DNA from: Dehalococcoidia bacterium
GTDB lineage: Bacteria > Chloroflexota > Dehalococcoidia > Bin125
DNA length: 64,000 bases
Reading direction: 5' to 3'
Assembly: GCA_963662615.2 (NCBI GenBank)
Contig: CAXXSR010000001.1
Span: forward strand, 320,001 to 384,000
Below the pieces are notes generated by a model. That model ran no database searches. It worked only from the letters and a program-made list of their open reading frames with translations, and was not told where the DNA came from. The position numbers and the translations under genes are program-made. Below are positions 1-9,668 of this stretch, one piece after another; the stretch's first letter is position 1, and each line of letters starts with the position of its first letter.

Positions 1-472
1 AGGGGCAGCCGTGGCTATGGAGCCGGAATCCCGCCGCCGTGCGCTCCCAACCGTCCAAGATCCCCTCGCCGCGAAGCGCGGCCACGGTGCTGGCCACGCG
101 CTCCTCCAGGGGGGCGTCGTTGGGGACATCGTCGCGGTGCTCGGCCGCCATCTGCGTCGCCAGCCCCTCGGCGACCCGCTGCGGCCCTTCGCTGCTCCGC
201 TCGACCTGCTCGATCAGCCGCGCAGCCAAGCCGGCGGAGTGGTCGCGCTGACTGCGCACTCCGGCGTCGGTGGCCTTGTAGAGGCGGAAGGGGCGGCCGC
301 GGCGCTGGCGCACGGTGTCCGCCGTGACGAGCCCGTGCGCCTCCAGCCTGTCCAGATGGCGCCGGACCGTCGCGTCGGCCAGTTGGAGCGCGCCCGCCAA
401 GGCCGCGACGGTGGCGCCTCCGTGCGTCACAATGTGGGCCAGCACCTCTGTGCGCGTGTCTGGCACAGGCAT
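1..472 (-). CDS. SufR-like winged-HTH transcriptional regulator (3' truncated by window edge)
   Basis: Not in ORF track. Manual translation from ATG 472: MPVPDTRTEVLAHIVTHGGATVAALAGALQLADATVRRHLDRLEAHGLV..RGRPFRLY...LHSHGCP. The HTH, GRP and CP motifs are typical of SufR/COG2345. Confidence 0.75.
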   Translation of the reverse strand, partial: MPVPDTRTEVLAHIVTHGGATVAALAGALQLADATVRRHLDRLEAHGLVTADTVRQRRGRPFRLYKATDAGVRSQRDHSAGLAARLIEQVERSSEGPQRVAEGLATQMAAEHRDDVPNDAPLEERVASTVAALRGEGILDGWERTAAGFRLHSHGCP

Positions 473-515
473 CGTCGCTCTTGTTCTCAGAAGGGTTCGC
501 CCTCTCTTCTCACCC

Positions 516-544
516 ATCGTCGTGTTTCTCAGTATTTTTGTCAA
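516..544 (-). promoter_or_regulatory. sigma70-type promoter for the SufR-like gene
   Basis: Minus strand TTGACA-17nt-GACGAT in an AT-rich patch. Confidence 0.5.
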
Positions 545-619
545 TAAATCGTTATAAACCCATCGCGCGGCGGCCCGGGGGAGGGCGGCGGCGGCCATAG
601 TCGAGGCGCCGCGAGGGCG

Positions 620-1399
620 TTAGCGAGCAGCGTGCGCAAGCAGGTCCAGGCGGAGCCCGTCCCTGGCCAGGGCCAGCGGACCCCCGTAGTGTCGGCGGCC
701 GGCGCTCTCGACCTTGGCGAGGTCCGTTCCATACCAGAAATGGGTGAGCAGCAGGCGACGGGCCGCGGCCGCGGCCGCCATGGCCGCCGCCTCCTCTGGT
801 GTGCAGTGGCCTTTGACGTCCCCGCGCTCCGACTCGGCCAGCGTCGCCTCGCACAGGAACAGGTCGCAATCACGGGCGAGTTCCGTGACCGTCTCGCAGG
901 GGGCCGTGTCGCCCGAGTAGGTCAGGCAGGCGCTGCCGTCGATCCGAATCGCCCAGGCGGGAATGTAGTGCGCCGTGGGCGCGAAGCGGACGCGCAGGGG
1001 CCCCAACTCCAGGGTTGCGGCCGGATCGTATTCGCGGATGCGAAAGGTGTTGCTGCAGAAGTCGCCGGGGAAGGTCACAGCCTCCAGGATCACCTTGAGC
1101 GTGGCGACGCCCCCGGGCGGCAGATGCAGGGTGGTGCGGGGCTCCCCCTGCGCGAGGCCGGCCATGTCGCGCGTGACGCGGAAGCGCAGCGGCAGCACGT
1201 CAATGAAGTGATCGGCGTGCATGTGGCTGATGATGATGTGGTCCAGGCCAAAGGCGGGGCGGGCCTTGAGGAGCGCCGAGGCGACCCCTTGGCCGCAGTC
1301 CAAGAGGATGGATTGGCCCCCGTCGGTGAGCAAGTATCCGGAGCTGTTCTGGCCTCCGGGGGGACAGGCGGCGCCCGAGCCGAGAACTGTCAGTCGCAT
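620..1399 (-). CDS. MBL-fold metallo-hydrolase (RNase Z/BN-like)
   Basis: MRLTVLGSG start; SHMHADH motif, YSGDT, LLLTHF. Confidence 0.85.
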   Translation of the reverse strand: MRLTVLGSGAACPPGGQNSSGYLLTDGGQSILLDCGQGVASALLKARPAFGLDHIIISHMHADHFIDVLPLRFRVTRDMAGLAQGEPRTTLHLPPGGVATLKVILEAVTFPGDFCSNTFRIREYDPAATLELGPLRVRFAPTAHYIPAWAIRIDGSACLTYSGDTAPCETVTELARDCDLFLCEATLAESERGDVKGHCTPEEAAAMAAAAAARRLLLTHFWYGTDLAKVESAGRRHYGGPLALARDGLRLDLLAHAAR

Positions 1400-1648
1400 G
1401 CTGTACGCATGGATCGACCGCCCGTCTGCGGCCGCCGCGCGGCGACCGCCGAAGCGCCCCGCCCGGCAGCCCGTCGCGGGAGCCGCGCGGAGGATGATCG
1501 CGCCGTAGCGGCGGCGCCGGCCACAACCGGGCGCGAGCGTACGGGCCCGCGGCGGGACCGTCAATCAAGCCTGCGACGCAGGCCCGATTCCGCGGCCGAC
1601 TGTCCAGACCGGGCGCCCGCTGCGCCGCGCGTGGGAGAATGCGCGGCA

Positions 1649-1960
1649 ATGAGCCTCACCCGCGCCGCCGCCAGTGCCGAGGTCGCGCCGCTGTCGCGGC
1701 CTGGGAGCGAGATCGAGGCGGTCACGCTGCCGCCCTACGCGGTCATGCTCCACAACGATGACGTCAATTCCATGAACCACGTGGTGGCGTCGCTGGTGGC
1801 TTGTGTGCCGGAGCTGGCGCCGGAGGAGGCAGTCGCGGTGATGCTGGAGGCGCACAACAACGACGTGGCGCGCGTGCTGGTCTGCCCGCTGGAGCGGGCG
1901 GAGTTGTATCGCGATCGTCTGGTGGGACGGGGCCTGACGGCCACGGTGGAGCGGGCGTGA
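1649..1960 (+). CDS. clpS: ATP-dependent Clp protease adaptor ClpS
   Basis: PPYAVMLHNDDVNSMNHVV...MLEAHN...GLTATVE; start reassigned to ATG 1649. Confidence 0.85.
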   Translation: MSLTRAAASAEVAPLSRPGSEIEAVTLPPYAVMLHNDDVNSMNHVVASLVACVPELAPEEAVAVMLEAHNNDVARVLVCPLERAELYRDRLVGRGLTATVERA

Positions 1961-2057
1961 AGCCGCGCCCGCTCTGGGCCGGCGAGCCTGCGCAGGAACG
2001 GGAAGCAGGGCCGGGGCCGGCCCCGCTCTTGGCGCCGTGGGGAGAGCCGGTTCCCTG

Positions 2058-2399
2058 CTAGAGGACCGCCTCGCCCCGTTCGCCGGTGCGGACGCGGACG
2101 GCCTCTTCCACCGGGCTCACGAAGATCTTGCCGTCACCGATGTTGCCGGTCTTGGCGGCGTCCACGATCAGTTCGACGATTCGTTCCCGATCCGCGTCTT
2201 TGACCACGATGGTCAGTTTGACCTTGGGCAGCATGTCGATGACGTACGACTCGCCCCCGCGCCCGCTGTGAATGACCCCGCGCTGGGCGCCTCGGCCTGT
2301 GACGTTCGCCACGTGGAGCCCCGCGAAGCCCGCTTGGGTGAGTGCGGATTTGGCCTGCTCCAAGCGCTCCGGCCTGATGATCGCTTCGATCTTCTTCAT
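2058..2399 (-). CDS. glnK: P-II nitrogen regulatory protein
   Basis: MKKIEAIIRP, TGNIGDGKIFV, RVRTGERG; directly downstream of amtB. Confidence 0.93.
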   Translation of the reverse strand: MKKIEAIIRPERLEQAKSALTQAGFAGLHVANVTGRGAQRGVIHSGRGGESYVIDMLPKVKLTIVVKDADRERIVELIVDAAKTGNIGDGKIFVSPVEEAVRVRTGERGEAVL

Positions 2400-2404
2400 T
2401 GCGG

Positions 2405-3769
2405 CTAGGCCCCTTCCGGCGGATTCGTCGCGGGCGGCTCCGGCGCCGGTCGTGGTACCGCGGGCGCCGGGCCCTCTATCACGGTAGAGACACCACCGGA
2501 GTAGAACGGGTGTCCGCCCGGCTCATCGTACTGGTAGGCGGGCTCGCCGTGCTGAGTGCGGTCGAGGCCGGTCAGCTCCTCTTCTTCGCTCACGCGCAGG
2601 CCCATGACCCGCTTGAGGACGAGGAGGATGCCCGCGGTCATGACGAAAGACCAGCCGATGGTGGCGCCCATGGCCGCGAGCTGGCGCCAGAGCTGGTCCG
2701 CTTCGCCCGCAATGAGGCCGTCAGTGCCGCCAATGACGGCGACGGTGAAGATGCCGGTGGCGAAGGCGCCCCAGAGGCCGCAGACGCCGTGCACGGCAAA
2801 GACGTCGAGGGTGTCATCCAACTGTCGCACTCGCGAAAGCAGGCGCACGGCGTAGAAGCCCAAGACGCTGGCCATGGCTCCAATGATCAGAGCCGGGAAG
2901 GCGTTGGCGTAGCCGTCGCTGGCGGGCCATGCCCCGACGAAGCCGGCGGCCGGGGTGATCGCCACCAGGCCGGCGACCACGCCCGTGGCCACGCCCACCA
3001 CGGACGGCTTGCCGGTGTGCAGCCAGGACAGCGCCAGCCAGGCGAGGCCGCCCATGGCCGCGGCGGTGTTGGTGGTGACGAAGGCGTTGGCGGCGGAGCC
3101 GTCGGCGACGAGGGCCGAGCCGGCGTTGAAGCCGAACCAGCCGAACCAGAGGAAGGCGGCGCCCAGAACCACCATGGGGACGTCGTGGGGAACGGTCTCG
3201 CGGCGGATGCCGCCACGGCGGCCAATGATGATCGCCGCGGCCAGCGCCGCCACGCCGGCGTTGATGTGGACCACGGTGCCACCGGCGTAGTCCAGGGCCT
3301 CCAGCTCGGTGCCAATCCAGCCACCGCCCCAGACCCAGTGGGCCACGGGCGAGTAGACCAAGGTGACCCAGAGCGTTGTGAAAACCAGGAAGGTGCTGAA
3401 CTTGAACCGCTCTGCGAAGGCGCCCGTGATCAGCGCCGGCGTGATGATGGCGAACATCATCTGGAACGCCATGTAGACCAAGTGCGGGATCGTGTCGGAA
3501 TACGGCCCCGCCTCCATCCCTACGTTACGCAGGCCGAACCATTCCAGGTTGCCAATGAAGCCGCCTTGGTCCGGTCCGAAGGCGAGGCTGTAGGCCCACA
3601 GCACCCAGACCACGCTGACCAGCGCCACGATCACGAAGCTGTGCATGACGGTGCCGGCGGCGTTCTTGCCCCGGACCAGCCCGCCGTAGAAGAACGCAAG
3701 CCCCGGCGTCATCAGCAACACCAAGGCCGAGGCGACGAGGATCCACGCGGTATCGCCGGAATCAATCAT
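2405..3769 (-). CDS. amtB: ammonium transporter
   Basis: GDTAW, PGLAFFYGG, DYAGGTVVH, WFGFNAGS, DDTLDVFAVHG. Confidence 0.96.
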   Translation of the reverse strand: MIDSGDTAWILVASALVLLMTPGLAFFYGGLVRGKNAAGTVMHSFVIVALVSVVWVLWAYSLAFGPDQGGFIGNLEWFGLRNVGMEAGPYSDTIPHLVYMAFQMMFAIITPALITGAFAERFKFSTFLVFTTLWVTLVYSPVAHWVWGGGWIGTELEALDYAGGTVVHINAGVAALAAAIIIGRRGGIRRETVPHDVPMVVLGAAFLWFGWFGFNAGSALVADGSAANAFVTTNTAAAMGGLAWLALSWLHTGKPSVVGVATGVVAGLVAITPAAGFVGAWPASDGYANAFPALIIGAMASVLGFYAVRLLSRVRQLDDTLDVFAVHGVCGLWGAFATGIFTVAVIGGTDGLIAGEADQLWRQLAAMGATIGWSFVMTAGILLVLKRVMGLRVSEEEELTGLDRTQHGEPAYQYDEPGGHPFYSGGVSTVIEGPAPAVPRPAPEPPATNPPEGA

Positions 3770-3883
3770 GGCGCCTTCTCCCCTTGCTCCATCCCTCCAG
3801 CCGGGGGCCGCGCCGTGTGGCGCAGGTCCGCTCTGGGGAGGAGCATGTCTGCTGGCATTGAAAGGGATCCGCTGGGAAACGCG

Positions 3884-3921
3884 GTTACGGGCAGGTTAGG
3901 AGCGCGTTACATCCACGTTAA
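3884..3921 (-). promoter_or_regulatory. GlnR-box-like operator (four pentamers at 11-bp period) upstream of amtB
   Basis: Plus strand GTTAC-n6-GTTAG-n6-GTTAC-n6-GTTAA. Confidence 0.6.
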
Positions 3922-4067
3922 CGGGTAAAACGCCAGGTCCAGCGCCACGAACCGGATTGCCCCGATCAGCGCGCCCGCCGATTCCCTGAGACCGGCCGTG
4001 ACGCGCTTGAGCGCGCGGCGCTGCTCCCCGGGGCCGGCGGCAGAGGCCGTGATAGAATCGCGCCACG

Positions 4068-4751
4068 ATGGCGCTGACCCCGACGGCCGAGGATTACCTT
4101 CAGGCGATCGATTCGCTGGAGAGCGAGGGCGGTGAGGTCATTGGGGCGCGCCTGTCCGAGCGGCTGCGCGTGTCGCCGGCGTCGGTCTCGCAGACCATTG
4201 AGCGGATGGTGCGCCAGAGCCTGGTGGAGGTGGGCGCGGACCATCGTATCGTCTTGACGGAGCCGGGGCGCGCGGCCGCGAACACCATCATTCGCCGGCA
4301 CCGTCTCACCGAGCGCTTCCTGACGGACGTGCTGCACATGGACTGGGTGCGGGCGCACGAGGAGGCGCACCGCCTGGAGCACGCCATCAGCGACGAGGTG
4401 GAGGCGCGGCTCTCGGAGCTGCTGCAGCATCCCGAAACCTGTCCCCACGGCGCGCCGATCCCGGGCAATTTCCCCGAAGGCGGCGACGAGCATTGGGTGC
4501 TCCTGGCGTCTCTGGCGCCGGGACAGACGGCGACGATCGTGCGGGTTTCCGAGCTGGTGGAAGATGACCCCGAACTCCTGCGTTATTGCGCGGCCAAGAA
4601 TCTGCGACCGGGAGTCGCCATCTCCATTCAAGAGCGAGGGCCGGACGGCCTCTCGCTGCTGGAGGTGGAGGGGCGGCAGGTGGCGGTGACCAGCCGGCTC
4701 AGCGCGCACATCTTCTGCCGCCAGGACGTGGGCGCGACCGTTTCCGCGTAG
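4068..4751 (+). CDS. DtxR/IdeR/MntR family metal-dependent regulator with FeoA domain
   Basis: EDYL, RRHRLTERFL, EAHRLEH, CPHGAPIPG; TGaTAGAAT extended -10 at 4050-4058. Confidence 0.92.
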   Translation: MALTPTAEDYLQAIDSLESEGGEVIGARLSERLRVSPASVSQTIERMVRQSLVEVGADHRIVLTEPGRAAANTIIRRHRLTERFLTDVLHMDWVRAHEEAHRLEHAISDEVEARLSELLQHPETCPHGAPIPGNFPEGGDEHWVLLASLAPGQTATIVRVSELVEDDPELLRYCAAKNLRPGVAISIQERGPDGLSLLEVEGRQVAVTSRLSAHIFCRQDVGATVSA

Positions 4752-4866
4752 CCGAGTCGCCGCGCTTTCCCCGTCGACGGCCAGCATGGGCGCGCGCTAC
4801 CGTTGGGCGGCTGCGGGGCCGGGGGTGCGCGCGGCTTCGGCGGAGCGGGGAAGGGACGCGCCCTCC

Positions 4867-5643
4867 ATGGTTGATAACCGCGCGGCCGAGGCGCCAGGAA
4901 ACCTGGGCGGTCACGTCGCGCTGGTGACGGGGGCGTCGCGCGGGATCGGCCGGGCCATTGCCGTGGAGCTGGCCCGCTGCGGAGCCGACGTCGCGATCAA
5001 TTATCGCGCCGACGCCGAAGGGGCGGCCGAGACGGAGCGGCTCGCTCGGGCGCAGCAGGCGCGCACACACATCGTCCAGGGCGACGTGGCCGACGAGGAC
5101 GCGGTGCGAGCGATGGTGGACTCCGTCACGAAGGCGCTGGGCCCCCCGGACATCCTGGTGAACAACGCCGGCATCACCCGTGACGGCCTGGTCATGCGCA
5201 TGGAAGTGGAGGCCTGGACGGCGGTGCTGAGCACGGACCTGACCGGGGCCTTTCTGGTCACGCGCGCGTGCCTGCGCGGCATGCTCCGCGCCCGCTGGGG
5301 CCGGATCATCAACATTGGCTCGGTGGTGGGCAGCACGGGCAACGCGGGCCAGGCCAACTACGCGGCGGCCAAGGCGGGCCTGGCCGGGCTGGCGAAGGCG
5401 ATCGCCAAGGAGGTGGGCAGCCGCAACATCACCGTCAATCTGGTGGCGCCGGGCTTTATCCGCACCGACATCACCGCCGACCTGCCGGAGGCCACGGTGG
5501 AGGCGGTGCGGGCCCAGATCCCGTTGGGCCGCTTGGGTGATCCCGACGACGTGGCTCCCTTGGTGGCGTTTCTTGCGGGCGACGGCGGTCGCTACATTAC
5601 CGGCCAGGTGATCCACGTTGACGGCGGCATGGTGACGGGCTGA
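4867..5643 (+). CDS. fabG: 3-oxoacyl-ACP reductase
   Basis: TGASRGIG, NNAGITRD, YAAAK, YITGQVIHVDGG; located in the fab cluster. Confidence 0.93.
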   Translation: MVDNRAAEAPGNLGGHVALVTGASRGIGRAIAVELARCGADVAINYRADAEGAAETERLARAQQARTHIVQGDVADEDAVRAMVDSVTKALGPPDILVNNAGITRDGLVMRMEVEAWTAVLSTDLTGAFLVTRACLRGMLRARWGRIINIGSVVGSTGNAGQANYAAAKAGLAGLAKAIAKEVGSRNITVNLVAPGFIRTDITADLPEATVEAVRAQIPLGRLGDPDDVAPLVAFLAGDGGRYITGQVIHVDGGMVTG

Positions 5644-5776
5644 GCGGCGCCGCCGCTCCCAGCGATTCAGGGCGCTATGCTAGAGCGGTTGGTCCATAGT
5701 GCGCCGGAGGGTCGCGTGGTATCGTCCGGCGAGAGGCGGTGCGGGTGTCGCCCGCACCTTCCGAGGCGGTGAACCG

Positions 5777-6793
5777 GTGAGCGTTCCAGCAACGCCGCAG
5801 CCCCCGTCTTCCCCCCAGGAGGAGGGCGGTGTGGCGGTGCTCTTTCCCGGGCAGGGGTCGCAGTCGCTGGGGATGGCGAGTCGGGTCTTGCGCGTCTATG
5901 CGCAGGCGCACGGGCGCTTCCAGACCGCCTCCGATCTGCTGGGCTATGACCTGCTCAAGCTGATGGAGCGGGGCCCGCTGGAGAACCTGGACGACACGGA
6001 GTATTCGCAACCGGCGATCTACACGGCCAGCGTGGCCTGGTACGACGCCCTCCGCGCCAAGTGGGGCGAGGCCGGGCGGCCGCTGCGGCCGGTGGCGATG
6101 GCCGGGCAGAGCATGGGTCAGATCACGGCGTTCGTGGCGGGGGAGGCGCTGGATTTTGAGCATGGCCTGCGACTGGTGCAGGCGCGGGGCGAGGTCATGC
6201 GCGAGGCCGCGGGCCGGCGGCCCGGCGGGATGGCCTCCATCATTGGCCTGCGCGACCGGGTGCTGCGGGTCATTGTGGGCGAGGCGGCCGGCGGGGGCAC
6301 GCTGGTGGTCGCCAACGACAACGGCCCCGGACATTCGGTGGTCTCCGGGGATGAGAGCGCGCTGCAGCGGGTGATGCGCCTGGCGGAGGCGCGGGGCGCG
6401 CGCCGGGTGGTGCGGCTTCCCATCTCCATTGCCTCCCATTCGCCCTTGATGAACGAAGCGCAACAGCAGTTTCGCGAGGTGGTCAAGGCGATGCCTTGGC
6501 GCGACCCCGAGGTGCCCATCATCAGCAACATCAGCGCCGGCTTTATCCTCACCAAGGGCGCCATTGTTGAAGAGTTGAATGATGCGCTCTGCCGGCCCGT
6601 GCGCTGGTCCGACTCCGTGCGGGCCATGGCCGGGCAGGGCGCCAACGTCTTCGTGGAGGCGGGCCCCGGCGACGCGCTCTCGAAGATCGTCCGCCGCGTC
6701 GTCCGCAGCGCCTGGACGTTCCCGTTATCCGACGACGAAGCGGGCTTGGCCCGTCGCGGCTACCCCGACATGTCGAGCGGCATCCCCAAGTAA
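5777..6793 (+). CDS. fabD: malonyl-CoA:ACP transacylase
   Basis: FPGQGSQ, QPAI, GQSMG nucleophile motif, ASHSPLM, PVRW; GTG start chosen. Confidence 0.88.
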   Translation: MSVPATPQPPSSPQEEGGVAVLFPGQGSQSLGMASRVLRVYAQAHGRFQTASDLLGYDLLKLMERGPLENLDDTEYSQPAIYTASVAWYDALRAKWGEAGRPLRPVAMAGQSMGQITAFVAGEALDFEHGLRLVQARGEVMREAAGRRPGGMASIIGLRDRVLRVIVGEAAGGGTLVVANDNGPGHSVVSGDESALQRVMRLAEARGARRVVRLPISIASHSPLMNEAQQQFREVVKAMPWRDPEVPIISNISAGFILTKGAIVEELNDALCRPVRWSDSVRAMAGQGANVFVEAGPGDALSKIVRRVVRSAWTFPLSDDEAGLARRGYPDMSSGIPK

Positions 6794-6820
6794 GCGCGCT
6801 GGGGGGGATGGAGCCAGCAG

Positions 6821-8062
6821 ATGGGTCGCCGGGTAGTCGTCACGGGTCTGGGAGCCGTGTCTCCAGTGGGCAACGACCTGCCCGCGAACTGGGCGAACTT
6901 GCTGGCGGGCAAGTCCGGGGTGGACTACACCAGCCGCTATGACGCGTCCGACTACAAGGTGAACGTGGCGGCGGAGGTGAAGGGCTTTGAGCCGGAGCGC
7001 CGCATTGACGCCCGGCCGCTGAAGCACATGGATCGCAATGTGCAGTACGCCGTGGTCGCGGCGCAGGAGGCGCTGTGTGACTCCGGCCTCACGATCACGG
7101 ATGACAATCGCGACGGCGTGGGGGTGGTCTTCGGCAGCGGCGGCGGCGGCATGGAGACGGTGCTGCGCTGGCAGAAGGTGCTGGAGGCCAAGGGTCCGCG
7201 GCGCATCTCGCCGTTCGCGATGCCCAACCTGATCGCCGACGCGGCGGCGGGGCACATTGCCATTCAGACGGGAGCGGCGGGGCCCAACTATTCCCCCACC
7301 AGCGCCTGCGCCAGCGGCGCGAACGCGGTGGGAGATGGCGCGCTCCACATCAAAGCCGGCAAGGCGGAGGCGATGATCGTGGGCGGGTCGGAGGCGGTGC
7401 TGATGCCCATCTTCCAGGCCTGCTTTGAGGCGATGCGTGTGCTCGCCCCCGCCGGGGAGCCGCCCGCCACCACGGCCAAGCCGTTTGACCTGCATCGCGC
7501 CGGCTTCGTTCCGGGGGAGGGCGCGGCGGCGCTGGTGCTGGAGGAGCTTGAGCGGGCGCGGGCGCGCGGCGCCGACATTTACGCCGAGGTCGTAGGCAGC
7601 GGCAGCGCCAGCGACGGATTCGACATGGCGGCGCCGGATCCAACCGGCCGCGGCCTCCTGAATGCCATGCGCCAGGCGCTGGCCGAGGCCTGCCTGCCGC
7701 CGGGCGACGTGGGCTACGTGAACACGCACGGGACGGCGACCCAGCTCGGCGACAAGGTGGAGGTGGTGGCCATCAAAGAGGTGTTCGGAGAGCACGCGTC
7801 GCGCATGCTGATCTCCTCCGTCAAGGCCGCCACCGGCCACATGATGGGCGCCAGCGCGGCCCTGGAGGTGGTGGTGACGGCTCTGGCGCTGAAGCGGGGG
7901 CTGATCCCGCCCACCCTCAACTACGAGACGCCGGACGAGGAGTGCGACCTGGATTGCGTGCCCAACGAGGCGCGCGAAGTGGATCTTCGTGCGGCCATGT
8001 CCATCTCCGCGGGGCTGGGCGGGCACAACGCCGCCATCCTCCTGAAACGCTGGGAAGGGTGA
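6821..8062 (+). CDS. fabF: beta-ketoacyl-ACP synthase II (copy 1)
   Basis: RRVVVTGLG, SACASG, HGTAT, GHMMGA. Confidence 0.9.
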   Translation: MGRRVVVTGLGAVSPVGNDLPANWANLLAGKSGVDYTSRYDASDYKVNVAAEVKGFEPERRIDARPLKHMDRNVQYAVVAAQEALCDSGLTITDDNRDGVGVVFGSGGGGMETVLRWQKVLEAKGPRRISPFAMPNLIADAAAGHIAIQTGAAGPNYSPTSACASGANAVGDGALHIKAGKAEAMIVGGSEAVLMPIFQACFEAMRVLAPAGEPPATTAKPFDLHRAGFVPGEGAAALVLEELERARARGADIYAEVVGSGSASDGFDMAAPDPTGRGLLNAMRQALAEACLPPGDVGYVNTHGTATQLGDKVEVVAIKEVFGEHASRMLISSVKAATGHMMGASAALEVVVTALALKRGLIPPTLNYETPDEECDLDCVPNEAREVDLRAAMSISAGLGGHNAAILLKRWEG

Positions 8063-9318
8063 GCGCGCCGAACGGCCGGGAGCCGCGCATCGGCATCACC
8101 GGCATCGGTCCCGTCACGCCCATCGGCGTTGGCGTGGAGCCGTTCTGGGAGAGCCTGCGCGAGGGCCGCTCCGGCGTGCGCCCCATCACCGCCTTCGATC
8201 CCTCTGCCATGAAGGTGCGCATTGCGGCCGAGGTGCCGCAGTTCGAGCCCGAGCGCTACATGCCCCCCAAGGCGGCCAAGCGCATGGCGCGCTTCTCGCA
8301 GATGGCGGTGGCGGCGGCGCGGCTGGCGCTGGAAGACGCGGCGTTGGACTTGGACCGCTGCGAGCGGGAGCGGATTGGCACCGTGATCAACACGGGCGGC
8401 GGCGGCGTCACCACGATCAGCGACGAGGCGGACGTCCTGGCCCGGCGCGGTCCGGGGCGGGTGGGCGCGCTGTTCGTGCCCACCATGGCGCCCAACATGG
8501 CCTCCTGTCAGGTTTCCATTCAGTTTGGGCTGGAAGGGCCCGCCGTGACGTCCGCGGCCGCCTGCGCCAGCTCCGTGTACGCCTTCCTTGAGGCCCTGCA
8601 GATGCTGCGATCCGGGGAGGCGGTGGTGGTGCTGGCCGGCGGGACGGAGTCCAACATCTCGCCGCTGGGCATCGCCGGGCTGGCCAACATGCACGCCCTC
8701 TCGCGCCGCAACGACGATCCGACCCGCGCCTCGCGCCCCTTCGACCGGGACCGCGACGGCTTTGTCATTGGCGAGGGCGCCGTGGTCTGCGTGCTGGAGC
8801 CGGTGGCGGCGGCGCGGGCGCGGGGGGCGCGGGTCTACGCGGAGCTGTTGGGGGGTGGCCGCTCGTCGGACGCCTATCACATCACCGCGCCGCGCCCGGA
8901 CGGGCGCGGCGCCGCCCGCGCCATGCGCGCGGGGCTCACGTCCGCCGCGCTGGAGCCGGAGGAGGTTGACTATATCTCCGCGCATGGCACGGGGACGCCA
9001 CTCAACGACGTGGCGGAGACGCGGGCCATCAAGGAGGTTTTCGGCGCGCACGCCCGCAATCTCACCATCAGCTCACCGAAGAGCATGACGGGGCACCTGA
9101 TGGGCGCGGCCGGGGGCGTGTCTGTCGCGGCGACGGCGCTGGCCATCTACCACGGCCTCATCCCGCCCACGATCAACCTGGACACGCCCGACCCCGAATG
9201 CGATCTCGACTACGTGCCCCATGTGAGCCGGCCGGCCGCGATTGGCGCGGCCTTGGTGAACGGGTTCGGGTTCGGCGGACAGAATGGGGTAGTCGCGCTG
9301 GGGCGCAACCAGGGATAA
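8059..9318 (+). CDS. fabF: beta-ketoacyl-ACP synthase II (copy 2)
   Basis: GTGA overlap with copy 1; AACASS, HGTGT, GHLMGA, GFGFGGQN. Confidence 0.9.
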   Translation: MSAPNGREPRIGITGIGPVTPIGVGVEPFWESLREGRSGVRPITAFDPSAMKVRIAAEVPQFEPERYMPPKAAKRMARFSQMAVAAARLALEDAALDLDRCERERIGTVINTGGGGVTTISDEADVLARRGPGRVGALFVPTMAPNMASCQVSIQFGLEGPAVTSAAACASSVYAFLEALQMLRSGEAVVVLAGGTESNISPLGIAGLANMHALSRRNDDPTRASRPFDRDRDGFVIGEGAVVCVLEPVAAARARGARVYAELLGGGRSSDAYHITAPRPDGRGAARAMRAGLTSAALEPEEVDYISAHGTGTPLNDVAETRAIKEVFGAHARNLTISSPKSMTGHLMGAAGGVSVAATALAIYHGLIPPTINLDTPDPECDLDYVPHVSRPAAIGAALVNGFGFGGQNGVVALGRNQG

Positions 9319-9367
9319 TGGCGGCGCTGAGGTCGCCCCCCTGACGGGCGCGCAAGAGGACAGAGCC

Positions 9368-9622
9368 GTGAGCAGCCTGGACGAGCGCGTCATTGCCATA
9401 ATCGCGGAGCAGTTGCGGGTGCCGGTGGAGGACGTGAAGCCGACGTCCCATCTGGTCGACGACCTCAAAGCCGATTCTCTGGACATCGTGGACCTGTCGA
9501 TCGCGCTGGAGGAAGAGTTCAGCTCGGACGGGACCGAGCTGGAGATCTCGGAGGAGGATGCGGCGGGGATGCAGACGGTGCAAGATATCGTGGGCTATCT
9601 GACCGCTCGGGGCGTCCAATAG
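9368..9622 (+). CDS. acpP: acyl carrier protein
   Basis: DLKADSLDIV phosphopantetheine site; small acidic protein. Confidence 0.92.
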   Translation: MSSLDERVIAIIAEQLRVPVEDVKPTSHLVDDLKADSLDIVDLSIALEEEFSSDGTELEISEEDAAGMQTVQDIVGYLTARGVQ

Positions 9623-9668
9623 CCCACCCGCGTGGCGGCCCCATCCCGTCCTTCCTGGGAGTGCAACG

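Noticed and set aside
11-547. Plus-strand 178-aa ORF
   Set aside because: Shadow of the minus-strand SufR-like gene, which has recognisable motifs.
6821-9622. Type II PKS KS/CLF pair
   Set aside because: Both KS proteins retain the catalytic Cys-His-His, and the fabG/fabD/acpP context indicates fatty-acid synthesis.
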